DNA of 64,000 nucleotides from Armatimonadota bacterium (GTDB taxonomy: Bacteria; Armatimonadota; SYMT01), in the NCBI GenBank assembly GCA_046292385.1, contig JBKBRF010000021.1, forward strand, positions 32,001 through 96,000. The letters are read 5' to 3'. How positions within the stretch are numbered: the first letter of the stretch is position 1; each line of letters opens with the position of its first letter. This document shows, piece after piece, positions 9,476-18,974 of the stretch. Under the pieces are notes generated by a model, which made no database searches, was not told where the DNA came from, and saw nothing but the letters and a program-made list of their open reading frames with translations. The position numbers were made by a program, and so were the translations under genes.

Positions 9476-10201
9476 CTATTGGGAGCCGAAGAGCCGCTGA
9501 AAGAGCGACTTCCTCCGCTTCATGGCAAAGATCGGGAGCGTGCCGAAGCGCCGGATCTCCGTAGCCGGTCCGTAGCGACCCCAGGAGAAGCCACTGCCGA
9601 TCTCGCCCGCGCGGAGGTCGAAGATCTCATACGACGGGTCGAGCTGCCGCGCAAACGCCGCCAGCTCCGGATCCGGAGAGGCGAGGCACTCTTCCTGCGG
9701 GAGCACCCCCGGGTTGTGCCGCCACACCTCGCACAGGCGGTCCTCGTGGACGTCGTCAATGGCGCTCGTGAACGGCGGGGTATCCATCTTGAATACCTCC
9801 GTCAGGAAGTGCTCCAGCGAGGGGCTCTGGTGCAGGATCACCGGCGGATCGTGCGAAGCGAAATAGATCGGCGCCCAGTCGCGTGAGTCGGGGAGCAGGT
9901 CGGCCACCCAGAAGTTGCCGAAGCCGTCCGCGCCGATCGGCAGCCCGTGCGGGAAGGCGTCTGTGAACTCCCAGTCGAGCTCGCCGGTGAAGTCGACCGG
10001 CTCCACGGAGGCACCCTCGAAGCCGCGGCAGAACGCGAGCAGCTCCCGGATGTGGGGCGGCAGCGGGCACGGGAGCCGGGAGGCGAACAGCTCGATCTCG
10101 GCGTCGGTGAGGCCGGGAAGCAGCTCGATCCGCACCGGGTCGCCGTCCTCCGACTGCAGCGGCCGGCGGAGGGCGTCCTGAATGATCTCGACGGGTGTCA
10201 T
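9476..10201 (-). CDS. SMI1/KNR4 (SUKH) family protein
   Basis: PGLTDAEIELFASRLPCPLPPHIRELL and LPIGADGFGNFWVAD..PIYFASHDPP; start reassigned to ATG at 10201. Confidence 0.82.
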   Translation of the reverse strand: MTPVEIIQDALRRPLQSEDGDPVRIELLPGLTDAEIELFASRLPCPLPPHIRELLAFCRGFEGASVEPVDFTGELDWEFTDAFPHGLPIGADGFGNFWVADLLPDSRDWAPIYFASHDPPVILHQSPSLEHFLTEVFKMDTPPFTSAIDDVHEDRLCEVWRHNPGVLPQEECLASPDPELAAFARQLDPSYEIFDLRAGEIGSGFSWGRYGPATEIRRFGTLPIFAMKRRKSLFQRLFGSQ

Positions 10202-10376
10202 CGGGTGGATGTGGTTGATCGCGAGCTCTCCGGCAGAGCGTCCTGCCGCGGAATAGGTTCCACTCCGCGTCCTCTGCGTCCTCGGCGGTGAATTCCCGAA
10301 CAGGAACCCGCGCCGGGGTGCGCGAACTCTAAAGCCGTGGGGCGCACCGATGCGCGGCGCCCCGGGGAGCCAAACG

Positions 10377-11549
10377 ATGGACGCATTCCGGTTCAACCGC
10401 AGAGAGCTCTTGAAAGGCGCGGGCGCGCTTGCCGGGGCCGCCGCGTTCGGCAGCTTCGGGGCGGAGCGGCTCCTCGCCGCGCCGAAAGCCCCCACCTCTC
10501 CCGTTTCGATCGCGCGGTGCGCCACGTACGACCTCGCGACGGTGACCCGCCACCTGGAGACGATCTTCGACCAGCTCGGCGGCATCAAGAAGCAGGTCGC
10601 CGGGAAGACGGTCGTCGTCAAGGTGAACCTCACCGGCAGCCCGGAGGGGAAGGTCGACGGCCTCCCCGCCAATCGCACCTACCAGACCCACCCGAACACC
10701 GCGCTGGCGACGGCGATGCTGCTCGACCGCGCCGGGGCCCGCCGCATCCGCTTCGTGGAGTGCACCTACCAGCACGGCAGCATGGAAGAGTTCTTCCGCT
10801 CCGGCGGCTGGGATCTCCAGGCGCTGGCGGCGCTCAAGGCCGAAGTCGACTACGAGAACACCAGGAACCTGGGCAAGGGCAAGAGCTACACCCGCGTGAA
10901 GGTGCCGTGGGGCGGGTCGCTATTCCCCTCCTACGAGCTGAACCACTCGTACGTCGACTGCGACTATTACATCTCCCTCGCCAAGCTGAAGAACCACGCC
11001 AACGCGGGCGTGACCCTGGCGGTGAAGAACAACTTCGGCGTTACGCCGACGGCGCTCTACGGCCAGGCGGAGCACGACGAGAACACCACCAACGCGCGCG
11101 TGGCGATGTTCCACGAGGGCAAGATCAACCCGCCGGCCGGGGTGCCGCGAGAGCTGGACCCGACCAGCCCGCGGAAGCCGACTTACCGCGTGCCGCGGCA
11201 TACGGTCGACTCGCTCGGTATCCGGCCGATCGACCTGGCGCTCATCGATGGAGTGGAGACCGCTTCCGGCGGCGAAGGCCCGTGGGTCGGCAAGCTGACC
11301 CCGCGGAAGTCGCACGTGCTGATCGGCGGACGCAACGCGGTCTGCACCGACGCGATCGCCACCGCGGTGATGGGCTACGATCCGCTGGCGAAGTCCGGCA
11401 CCGGCCCGTTCCCGGGCGACAACCACCTGACGATGGCGATGGAGCTCGGGCTCGGCACGTGCAACCCGAAGCAGATCGAGGTGCGCGGTCTCGCGCTGAA
11501 GCAGGCGGTCCATCCGTTCGAGTGGGAGCCGGCGGAGCGCCACTTCTGA
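10377..11549 (+). CDS. Tat-exported DUF362 domain protein
   Basis: NRRELLK Tat motif; VVVKVNL, THP, KLKNH..AGVTLAVKN, DLALIDG..GEGP. Confidence 0.85.
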   Translation: MDAFRFNRRELLKGAGALAGAAAFGSFGAERLLAAPKAPTSPVSIARCATYDLATVTRHLETIFDQLGGIKKQVAGKTVVVKVNLTGSPEGKVDGLPANRTYQTHPNTALATAMLLDRAGARRIRFVECTYQHGSMEEFFRSGGWDLQALAALKAEVDYENTRNLGKGKSYTRVKVPWGGSLFPSYELNHSYVDCDYYISLAKLKNHANAGVTLAVKNNFGVTPTALYGQAEHDENTTNARVAMFHEGKINPPAGVPRELDPTSPRKPTYRVPRHTVDSLGIRPIDLALIDGVETASGGEGPWVGKLTPRKSHVLIGGRNAVCTDAIATAVMGYDPLAKSGTGPFPGDNHLTMAMELGLGTCNPKQIEVRGLALKQAVHPFEWEPAERHF

Positions 11550-11581
11550 CGCGCCGGAAGGTAACCAGCGACTTCATAAGG

Positions 11582-11611
11582 GCGGGTGCCGTGTCCTCGG
11601 CACCCGCTTTT
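11582..11611 (+). terminator. Intrinsic terminator
   Basis: GCGGGTGCCG/CGGCACCCGC stem followed by TTTT. Confidence 0.7.
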
Positions 11612-11639
11612 CCGTTCATAGCCCCGAGGATGATCGAAC

Positions 11640-11918
11640 ATGCTTGCGTTTGTCGACTTCGTGCCGCGGCAGGTGCGCGCGCCGCGCCTCAGCTTCTCGC
11701 TGTCCGACATGCAGGGACAGTGCGAGACGTTCGAGGCTGCGCTCCAAGCCGCGAATCCCTGGCTCCGGCGGGCGAACGCCCGCGTGGTGAACGTGGAGAC
11801 GGTGGTGCTGCCGAACCTCTGGGCGCCGGGCGAGCAGGGCAGCACCGATCCCGTCATCGCGACCGCCGAGCACGCCAGCTTCCACCAGTTCATCCGCGTC
11901 TGGTATCACGCCGAATAG
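11640..11918 (+). CDS. Small hypothetical protein
   Basis: Protein-like 92-aa ORF (DFVP..ETFEAALQAANPW..VVNVETVVLPN..QFIRVWY) with GAGGA RBS. Confidence 0.7.
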   Translation: MLAFVDFVPRQVRAPRLSFSLSDMQGQCETFEAALQAANPWLRRANARVVNVETVVLPNLWAPGEQGSTDPVIATAEHASFHQFIRVWYHAE

Positions 11919-12152
11919 TCTTTCCGCCAGCGGCGGGACTTCGCTGTTCCAGGTTGGCAAGTTGGCAGGTTGCAGGTTAATTCCCCGCGTAGCCCGGCTC
12001 GGGAGCCTGTGAGCCTGCGGACCTGGAGCCCGCCAACTCGCTTCCGGCAGCAGCTACTCAGAACGTTTCCCCACTTAACTCTCCTGGCATGTCCCTTAGG
12101 GAGGCCCCTCGCGGGCGACCGCGGGGGCCCCGGAACACGTCGGGAGGGAGAC

Positions 12153-12560
12153 ATGAGACAGATCATGAGAATTGCCGGTGCGCTGGCGTTGGCCGGCGGC
12201 CTGGTACTGCCGGTCGGCGCGCAGGAGACGACGGAACACCTGCCGTCGGTGGAGATCAACGGTCAGCGGGTGCTCACGATTCGGGTCGGCGCGGGCGGCC
12301 TGACACCGGAGGAACGGGCGGACGTCGTGCGCCAGCGGTTGGGGCCGATCTTGACGATGCCGGACCTCAAGGCGGAGGACATCTGGATCAAGCAGGAGCG
12401 GCGAGGGCAGACCGCCGCGATCTACGTGCGGGACCGATTGTTGATCACGGTGGACCGCAGCCTGGCGAAGGCGAACGACACGATGCCGCTGCCGCTGGCG
12501 CGGATCTGGGCCAACAACCTTCGCGAGACACTGCCCGAGATCGACGTCACGGTCCGGTAG
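12153..12560 (+). CDS. Secreted hypothetical protein
   Basis: GGGAGGGAG RBS, signal peptide, host-like codon usage. Confidence 0.75.
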   Translation: MRQIMRIAGALALAGGLVLPVGAQETTEHLPSVEINGQRVLTIRVGAGGLTPEERADVVRQRLGPILTMPDLKAEDIWIKQERRGQTAAIYVRDRLLITVDRSLAKANDTMPLPLARIWANNLRETLPEIDVTVR

Positions 12561-12569
12561 CTGAGCGCT

Positions 12570-12610
12570 GAACAGCGGGCCGGAGGATTTTACCCTCCGG
12601 CCCGCTGTTC
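12570..12610. terminator. Likely bidirectional terminator between convergent genes
   Basis: 17-bp perfect stem GAACAGCGGGCCGGAGG/CCTCCGGCCCGCTGTTC. Confidence 0.7.
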
Positions 12611-12628
12611 TTGCGGGAGAGCCTATCC

Positions 12629-15421
12629 CTATCCCGCGAAGAGCTTCAGCCGCCGCTCCAGCTTTTCGCGCCGCTCCAGCAGCTCGTCGCGCTGGGCGCG
12701 GGCCTTCTCCACCACCTCCGCGGGAGCGCGGCTGACGAAGCTCTCGTTGGAGAGCCGCCCGTCGATCCCGGCGAGGTCCTTCGTGATGGCGGCGAGCTCC
12801 TTGTTCAGGCGCGCCGTCTCCGCCGCGGGGTCGACCAGCCCCGCCATCGCTACGGAGATCTCCATCCCCGCCGCCAGCGCGGTCGAGCTGGGCCCCTCCG
12901 GCTTCTCCCGAGTCACCCGGCAGCGGGCGCTCTGCTCCACGTACGGGATCTCCAGCTTACCGTCACCCAGGATCGAGACGTCGACCGTCCGCTGCTGCGC
13001 GTTCAACTCCGCCTTGAGATTGCGGATGGCACGGGTCACCTCCATCACCGTTTCCATCCGGGCCTCCGCGTCGGCGCTCCGCAGTTCCGCCAGGGCGCCC
13101 GGGTACTGCGCGCGGATCAGGGCCGCGCCTTCGGTCGCGCCGGGGAGCGACTGCCAGATTTCCTCCGTGATGAACGGCACGAACGGATGCGCCAGCCGCA
13201 GCGAGGCCTCCAGCACTGCCACCAGCATCTCCCGGATCAGCGACGGGTCTTCGCTGCGCAGGCGCGGCTTCGCCAGCTCCACGTACCAGTCCGCGAACTC
13301 GTCCCACAGGAAGTGGTAGAGCGTCCACGACGCCTCCCCCAGGGCGTACCGGTCGAGCGCGTCGTTCACCGCGGCGGAGGCGGCGGCGAAGCGGGAGAGG
13401 ATCCAGCGGTCCGAAAGCTCCAGCTCCTGCCGCGCCGCCAGCTCCTCCAGGGAGCGGCGCGCCACCTCCGCGCCTTCCACGTTCATCAGGACGAACCGGC
13501 TGATGTTCCAGAGCTTGTTGCAGAAGAAGCGCATCTGCTCGATCTGCTCCGCCCGCGCCAGCCGGTCGTCCGGGCCGGTCGCCGTCTTGCCGCCCGACTC
13601 CCACTGCATCTTGAAGCGGATGTCCTGGCTCTCGCTCACCAGGCTGGTGAGGCCGAAGCGGGTGGCGTCCGCCCCGTACAGCCGGATCAGCTCCAGCGGG
13701 TCCACGCCGGTGCCGAGGGACTTGCTCATCCGCTTGCCGTCTTCGGTCATCACGGTGGCGTGTACCAGGACCTCGTGGAACGGTACCTCCCCGAGGAACT
13801 CCTCGCCGGTCATGATCATCCGTGCCACCCAGAGGTAGAGGATGTCCCGGCCGGTGATCATCAGGTCGGTCGGGTAGAACGCCGCCAGGTCATCCGTCCG
13901 CTCCGGCCAGCCCAGCGTGGCGTGGGGCCAGAGGGCGCTGCTGAACCAGGTATCCAGCACGTCCGGGTCCTGCTCCAGCTCGCTGCCGCCGCAGCGCGGG
14001 CACTGCGACGGCGGCTCCACCGAGGCGATCGGCTGCGCGCTCTCCCCCACCTGCAGCTCGCCGGAGGGACCGCGGCTCACCGCATCGTCGCACGCCAGGC
14101 AGTAGAAGAGCGGAATGCGGTGTCCCCACCAGAGCTGGCGGGAGACGCACCAGGGGCGGATGTTCTCCAGCCACTCCGTCTCCATCTGCCGAAACCGCTC
14201 CGGCGTGAAGGTCACCCGGTTCGCGCGGATCGCCGCCAGCGCCTTCGCCGCCAGCTCGTCGCAGCGGGCCCACCACTGCAGCTTGAGCAGCGGCTCCACC
14301 ACCGTGCCGCACTTGTCGTGGTGGCCCACCGAATGGGTGTAGTCCTCCACCTTCACCAGCAGGCCCTGCGCCTCCAGGTCCGCCACCACCCGCTTGCGGG
14401 CTTCCTTCCGCGGCAGCCCCGCGTAGGCGCCGGCCGCCCCGGTGGTCGTTCCCGCGTCGTCCAGCACGGTGATCGCCGGGAGCAGCTCCGGGTGGCGCTG
14501 GGCAATGTCCCAGTCGTTGGGGTCGTGCGCCGGGGTCACTTTCACGGCGCCGGTGCCGAACTCCGCGCTCACGTGGTGATCCGCCACCACCGGGATCTCC
14601 CGGTCCACCAGCGGCAGCCGCAGCGTCTTGCCCACCAGGCCGGCGTAGCGGGGGTCGGACGGGTTCACCGCCACCCCCGTGTCACCGAGCATCGTCTCCG
14701 GGCGGGTGGTCGCCACCACCAGCCCCTCGCCGCCGTCCGCCGCGGGGTAGCGGAGGTGCCACAGGTGCGACGGCACCTCCTTGTACTCCATCTCCAGCTC
14801 GGAGAGGGTGGTGCGGCACTGCGGGCACCAGTTCACGATCCGCTCCGCGCGGTAGATCCAGCCGCGCTCGTAGAAGCCGACGAACGCGCTCAGCACTGCG
14901 CGGGCGTAGCCGCTGCGGGTGTAGAGCTTCCGGAGCGCCCAATCGGCGGTCTGCGGCCCCTCCTCCACGAACTCGTCCAGCGTAAAGCGGGTGCGGGTCC
15001 AGTCGTAGGAGCAGCCGAGCGCCTTGAGCTGGCCCAGGATGGTGCCGCCGTACTTGAGCGTCCACTCCCGCGCGCGCTGGAGGAAGCCCTCGCGGCCGAG
15101 GGTCCAGCGGTCGAGCCCCTCCGCGCGGATCATCTGCTCCACCTTCATGTTGGTGGCGATGCCGGCGTGGTCGGTGCCGGGCACGCAGAGGGTGTTGAAG
15201 CCCTGCATCCGCTTGCGGCGGATCACCAGGTCGTGGATCGCGTGCTGCAGCGCGTGGCCCATGTGCAGCTCGCCGGTTACGTTCGGCGGCGGGATGGTGA
15301 CGCAGAACGACGGCGCCTCCGACTTCCCGGCAGGGGTAAAGTCGCCGCGCTCCAGCCAGAACTGGTAGAGACGCGCCTCCACGTCGGTAGGATCGTATGC
15401 CTTCGAAAGCTCGCGTGCCAT
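12629..15421 (-). CDS. valS: Valine--tRNA ligase
   Basis: PPPNVTGELHMGH (HIGH), ATTRPETMLGD, WCVSRQLWWGH, RMSKS (KMSKS), C-terminal coiled coil. Confidence 0.98.
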   Translation of the reverse strand: MARELSKAYDPTDVEARLYQFWLERGDFTPAGKSEAPSFCVTIPPPNVTGELHMGHALQHAIHDLVIRRKRMQGFNTLCVPGTDHAGIATNMKVEQMIRAEGLDRWTLGREGFLQRAREWTLKYGGTILGQLKALGCSYDWTRTRFTLDEFVEEGPQTADWALRKLYTRSGYARAVLSAFVGFYERGWIYRAERIVNWCPQCRTTLSELEMEYKEVPSHLWHLRYPAADGGEGLVVATTRPETMLGDTGVAVNPSDPRYAGLVGKTLRLPLVDREIPVVADHHVSAEFGTGAVKVTPAHDPNDWDIAQRHPELLPAITVLDDAGTTTGAAGAYAGLPRKEARKRVVADLEAQGLLVKVEDYTHSVGHHDKCGTVVEPLLKLQWWARCDELAAKALAAIRANRVTFTPERFRQMETEWLENIRPWCVSRQLWWGHRIPLFYCLACDDAVSRGPSGELQVGESAQPIASVEPPSQCPRCGGSELEQDPDVLDTWFSSALWPHATLGWPERTDDLAAFYPTDLMITGRDILYLWVARMIMTGEEFLGEVPFHEVLVHATVMTEDGKRMSKSLGTGVDPLELIRLYGADATRFGLTSLVSESQDIRFKMQWESGGKTATGPDDRLARAEQIEQMRFFCNKLWNISRFVLMNVEGAEVARRSLEELAARQELELSDRWILSRFAAASAAVNDALDRYALGEASWTLYHFLWDEFADWYVELAKPRLRSEDPSLIREMLVAVLEASLRLAHPFVPFITEEIWQSLPGATEGAALIRAQYPGALAELRSADAEARMETVMEVTRAIRNLKAELNAQQRTVDVSILGDGKLEIPYVEQSARCRVTREKPEGPSSTALAAGMEISVAMAGLVDPAAETARLNKELAAITKDLAGIDGRLSNESFVSRAPAEVVEKARAQRDELLERREKLERRLKLFAG

Positions 15422-15454
15422 TGCCTCACTCCGCCGCGCCCAACCGGCGCCAGA

Positions 15455-15700
15455 AAACAAAAAGCTCCCTCGTCCCCGAAGGACGAGAGAGTCACTTCTC
15501 CCGCGGTACCACCTTCATTCCCCCGCGGCCGGCGCGAGGGCTCTCTTGCGCGATGACGGGCGCACCCGGTCCCGCACGGGACCCGGCTCCGGGGCGACGT
15601 TCGGCGCCGGCACGCGAGGAGCGCTCTCAGCCGGTGACGCTCCCTCTCTGGCGCTGCCCCCGCGGAACCCGCGGACGCCTACTCTTCCCCATCACAGCCG
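15455..15700 (-). promoter_or_regulatory. Val T-box riboswitch with terminator
   Basis: Minus strand shows GAAGAGTAG, AGAGAG, GGCTGAGA, specifier GAAC-GTC (Val; + strand 15596-15598), T-box AAGGTGGTACCGCG, and terminator CTCTCTCGTCC-TTCG-GGGACGAGGGAG-CTTTTTGTTTT. Confidence 0.93.
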
Positions 15701-15719
15701 GAAAACCAGTTGTGGCGGA

Positions 15720-15748
15720 ATGATAACACGAGGTCCGGACGTCGGCAA
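15720..15748 (-). promoter_or_regulatory. Sigma70-type promoter for the T-box/valS leader
   Basis: TTGCCG-17 nt-TATCAT immediately upstream of T-box stem I. Confidence 0.7.
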
Positions 15749-16086
15749 CCGTGCCGCGCGGATGCGGTGACACCGGTCCGGAACGAGTACCCCTGAAGGA
15801 GCACCTTGTTCGTGTAGCAGCCCGCTGATGAAGGTCAGCTAGATAGCTGGGAAGCCAGGCGGAGCATCCGTCGGGCCGCGAGGCATTGGAATACCTCGCT
15901 AGAAGGCCTGCGGCCACGCGTCCTCCGGACGCCCGAGCTACGCCCATCTGAGCCCCCGCAGGGGGGTCCCCCGTCCGGGGCCTAAAACTTCGTGCTGTGG
16001 TTGCCGCGGATTCAACCGCCCGGCATATGGCTTCGAAGCCAGGACCGGAGAGTGAGCTGCGGGACTCAGTCTCCGGTCTACGGCCA

Positions 16087-17550
16087 CTACCGAATACCGG
16101 TGCCGGCCAGCACCCGAACGGTGTACTTGATCTTGCCCTTCTTCTTCAGCTTCTTGAAGCGCAGGGTCGTCTTCGCCGTCTCACCCGCGGCGAGCACCCC
16201 GTCCGACCCGACGTTCAGGTCGAGGTACGGGCTGCCGGCCGGGAGCGTCTCAGTCGTGCTGCCGCTGGCGTTGACCAGGGTATCAACTGGGCTCAGCTCG
16301 TCCAGCACCAGGGAGACGGGGCCGGTGATCGGCTGCTTGGAGACGTTCTTCACGGACACCTTCTGGAGGTACTGCTTCTTCTTGGGCGAGTACTTGAAGC
16401 CGCTGGTCTTCACCTTGACCCGCTTCGTGACGTCCTCCACCTGGACCGGCGCGTTGGCCGGGTTCGCGCGGGCGATCACCTGCACGCCGCCGGCGAGGGT
16501 CGCCTTGAAGGCGATCTGGCCCTGGTCGTTGATTCCCTCGCGGCTCAGCTCCACCGTCTGGACCGTTCCGCCCAGCAGCGTATCGCCGGTCGCGATCACC
16601 TTGTCCGCCACCGGGTCCGGTCCGGTGAAGATGCCCCAGCCGGACGGCACCTTCGCCAGGAACGCCACCGTCCCGTTCGCGATCGTCACCGCCTGAAAGT
16701 TGCTGTAGCCGTGGTCGGTGCTGGCGATCAAGGTCTGGTTCTTGTAGACCTCCTGCCTTCCGCCTTCCAGATAGCCGATATAGGCGACGTCCCCGTCATT
16801 CGCGGGGCTGTCGTGGAAGCCGATGAAGCGGTCGGTCGTGTCCGCGATGCGGCTGACCGCGCCGTTCGAGTAGGAGACGATGGCGCTCGGGCCGGCGCGG
16901 CCGTCGACCCGGTAGGTGGCGTAGAAGGCCGCGGAGAAGCCGAGGGCGGTCGGATTGTTCGGGTCCCCCTCGAAGTTCAGGTCCGGGTCCCTCACGTAGA
17001 TGAACTGGCTGTCGTCCTCCGTGCTGACCGCCGGGCTTCCGGGCACGCCGCCGTTCAGATCGGTGAGGAAGATCCCGCTCGCCCGTCCGGTGCCACCGGC
17101 GAGGTAGGCCACCACGCCGCCCTCGACCGACGGCTTGTTCGGCGAGAGCCCCTGCCGAACATCGAAAACCGTGCCGCCGCTGCTGGTGTAGAGCCCGATG
17201 AACGACTGCGGCGGATCGACGTTGGGGTTCCAGCGGGAGCCGATGAAGACGACCTGTCCGGAGCTGGTGAGGTCGAACTCCTGGGAGATGGAGGTGAACG
17301 GACCGGTGGGGGAGCTGGTCACCAGCGCTTCCGGATCGTCCCCACTCCCGCGGAAGATCCCCGAGCCGCCCCCGACGATGCGGGCCCAGTAGGCCACCTG
17401 CCCCGAGGCATTGATCGCCGGACGGCTGAGGGAGTCGACCTCCGTGCGGGTGTCCTTGATGATCGTGAAAGTGTAATTGGCGGCGCGTGCCGGCAGCGCG
17501 GCGAAGAGCCCTCCCACCAGGAGAAGGCCCAAGAGCAAACGATACTTCAA
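16087..17550 (-). CDS. Secreted NxxGxxAF-repeat (choice-of-anchor-like) protein with basic C-terminal beta domain
   Basis: Signal peptide; repeats INASGQVAY, NDGDVAY, NGTVAF, INDQGQIAF; Lys-rich C-terminal domain; TTG start with GAGGAG RBS. Confidence 0.7.
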   Translation of the reverse strand: MKYRLLLGLLLVGGLFAALPARAANYTFTIIKDTRTEVDSLSRPAINASGQVAYWARIVGGGSGIFRGSGDDPEALVTSSPTGPFTSISQEFDLTSSGQVVFIGSRWNPNVDPPQSFIGLYTSSGGTVFDVRQGLSPNKPSVEGGVVAYLAGGTGRASGIFLTDLNGGVPGSPAVSTEDDSQFIYVRDPDLNFEGDPNNPTALGFSAAFYATYRVDGRAGPSAIVSYSNGAVSRIADTTDRFIGFHDSPANDGDVAYIGYLEGGRQEVYKNQTLIASTDHGYSNFQAVTIANGTVAFLAKVPSGWGIFTGPDPVADKVIATGDTLLGGTVQTVELSREGINDQGQIAFKATLAGGVQVIARANPANAPVQVEDVTKRVKVKTSGFKYSPKKKQYLQKVSVKNVSKQPITGPVSLVLDELSPVDTLVNASGSTTETLPAGSPYLDLNVGSDGVLAAGETAKTTLRFKKLKKKGKIKYTVRVLAGTGIR

Positions 17551-17788
17551 AACTACTCCTCGTGCGCCCGTCGGGCGCTAGCGTATCACGTCCCCCGCGG
17601 ACTTCCGACGTCCGGGAGAAGCCGAGTCAGTTCGTCGGCAGGCAGCGGCCCGCAAAGCAGTCGCGCGGGGAGGTAGCTCCAGGCGGTTTGCCCAGGCAGC
17701 GAGCTAGCGCCGTTGCAGGGGGAGTGTAGCACCCAACCAGGCAGCCGCCTGTGAACCAAGCCACAGGGCCGCGCCCAGGCAGGGACCG

Positions 17789-18829
17789 TTACCGCCGGTA
17801 CTTGAGCGTCCAGATCTCGGTCGACTGCGGGAGGCGGGAGCGGGCCAGGAGCGTCACGTCGCTGGCGAGGCGGCTGACGGCGTAGGGGCTGGCGGCGATG
17901 AAGTCGTCCACCGGGCGCAGCTTCGCGGCGGCGCCGGACATGCCGGGGGTGGAATAGGCCATCGGGACCACCACCGGCGGCTTGAGCTGCTCGGAGATCG
18001 CGACCGCCTGCCGCGGCGTGAGCCCCTCGCCCACCGGCAGCAGCAGCACGTCGACCTTCCCCAGCGCGGCCAGCTCGGCGTCGGTGGGCGGCTGGGTGGG
18101 GGCGCCCAGGTGGGCGAGCCGCAGCGGTCCCGCTTCGATCACGTACGCGGTGTTGCCGCCGCGAGTCGGCACCGGGGTGATCCGCAGGTCGCCACGGGTG
18201 CCCTGGGCGGCGCGAAGCACCTGCTTGGTGTCGTCCTGGAAGGCGCGGACGCCTGCCTCGTAGCTGTGGCGGGGATCGCTGCTGCTGACCGTCACGAAGT
18301 GCGCGCCGGCTTCCGGCGAGGGAATCCCCGCGGCGGCCGGGTCGAACGGGTCGGTCACCACCCCCACCCCGCCCGGCGAGTGGATGTAGAACGAGGAGTA
18401 GCCGAGCCACTGGAGCGTCACCTCGGCGTCCCCCGTCGTGCTGAGCGGGGGGTGGTCGTTCGGGAGGCCTTCCGGCGGCGTGGCAGGCCGTTCCGCGGCC
18501 ACCGGCGGCTGCGCGCCGTTTGCCGGGTCAGTACCGGGAGCAACCGGTCTGTTTCCCGCGGGCGAATTGGCGGGAGCCCCGCCATTCGGCGCGTCGGTAG
18601 TGGCGGGGACTGGGGCATTGCCGGGGCTGGAGGCGCCGGGACTGTTCTGCGGGTGGGAGCTCTGCGCCCGGCGGTCCGGACCGTTCGCCGGCGTGGGCGG
18701 CGGCGGAGCCGGGCGGGAGACTACCGCCACGATGCCGATCGTGAGCACGGCCAGGACTGCCGCGATCAGGCCGGCCCGCGGCGGGCCGCCGGGGCGGACG
18801 GGAGAGGGTTCCGGCTTTTCCGTACTCAT
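17789..18829 (-). CDS. Membrane-anchored MBL-fold (Lactamase_B_3-like) protein with degenerate metal site
   Basis: TM helix, Pro-rich linker, LQWLGYSSFYI..VVTDPF..VDVLLLPVG..PMAY; HxHxDH replaced by SSDPRH. Confidence 0.75.
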   Translation of the reverse strand: MSTEKPEPSPVRPGGPPRAGLIAAVLAVLTIGIVAVVSRPAPPPPTPANGPDRRAQSSHPQNSPGASSPGNAPVPATTDAPNGGAPANSPAGNRPVAPGTDPANGAQPPVAAERPATPPEGLPNDHPPLSTTGDAEVTLQWLGYSSFYIHSPGGVGVVTDPFDPAAAGIPSPEAGAHFVTVSSSDPRHSYEAGVRAFQDDTKQVLRAAQGTRGDLRITPVPTRGGNTAYVIEAGPLRLAHLGAPTQPPTDAELAALGKVDVLLLPVGEGLTPRQAVAISEQLKPPVVVPMAYSTPGMSGAAAKLRPVDDFIAASPYAVSRLASDVTLLARSRLPQSTEIWTLKYRR

Positions 18830-18974
18830 AGCAGGCGTGCTCCTGGTGACGTGGCGCCACGGAGATTCTACGATGAGCGCGGCGGGATGTCCCACTGGCT
18901 GGTGTGAGGTCCGAGAGAAGCGCGCTGCTGAAACTCCACGCCTCCGCGCCCTCGCATCTTCCGTCCCGAAGTTC

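Noticed and set aside
7053..10201. Integron cassette array (TA, SUKH and small ORFs)
   Set aside because: No RYYYAAC...GTTRRRY attC sites identified, mixed gene orientations and no IntI.
12611..15556. 981-aa plus-strand ORF, and similar long ORFs 32398-35619(+), 23818-26142(-), 19348-21705(-) and 2689-4446(-)
   Set aside because: Antisense shadows of well-supported genes, caused by high-GC codon bias; no recognisable motifs.
15741..15775. CGGCAACC...GGTG resembling SAM-I riboswitch P3
   Set aside because: Other SAM-I elements are absent, and the sequence is better explained as the -35 box of the valS promoter on the minus strand.
15825..15860. CTGATGA hammerhead-like core
   Set aside because: No correctly placed stem II, GAAA or stem III/UH; it is followed by GGAAG.
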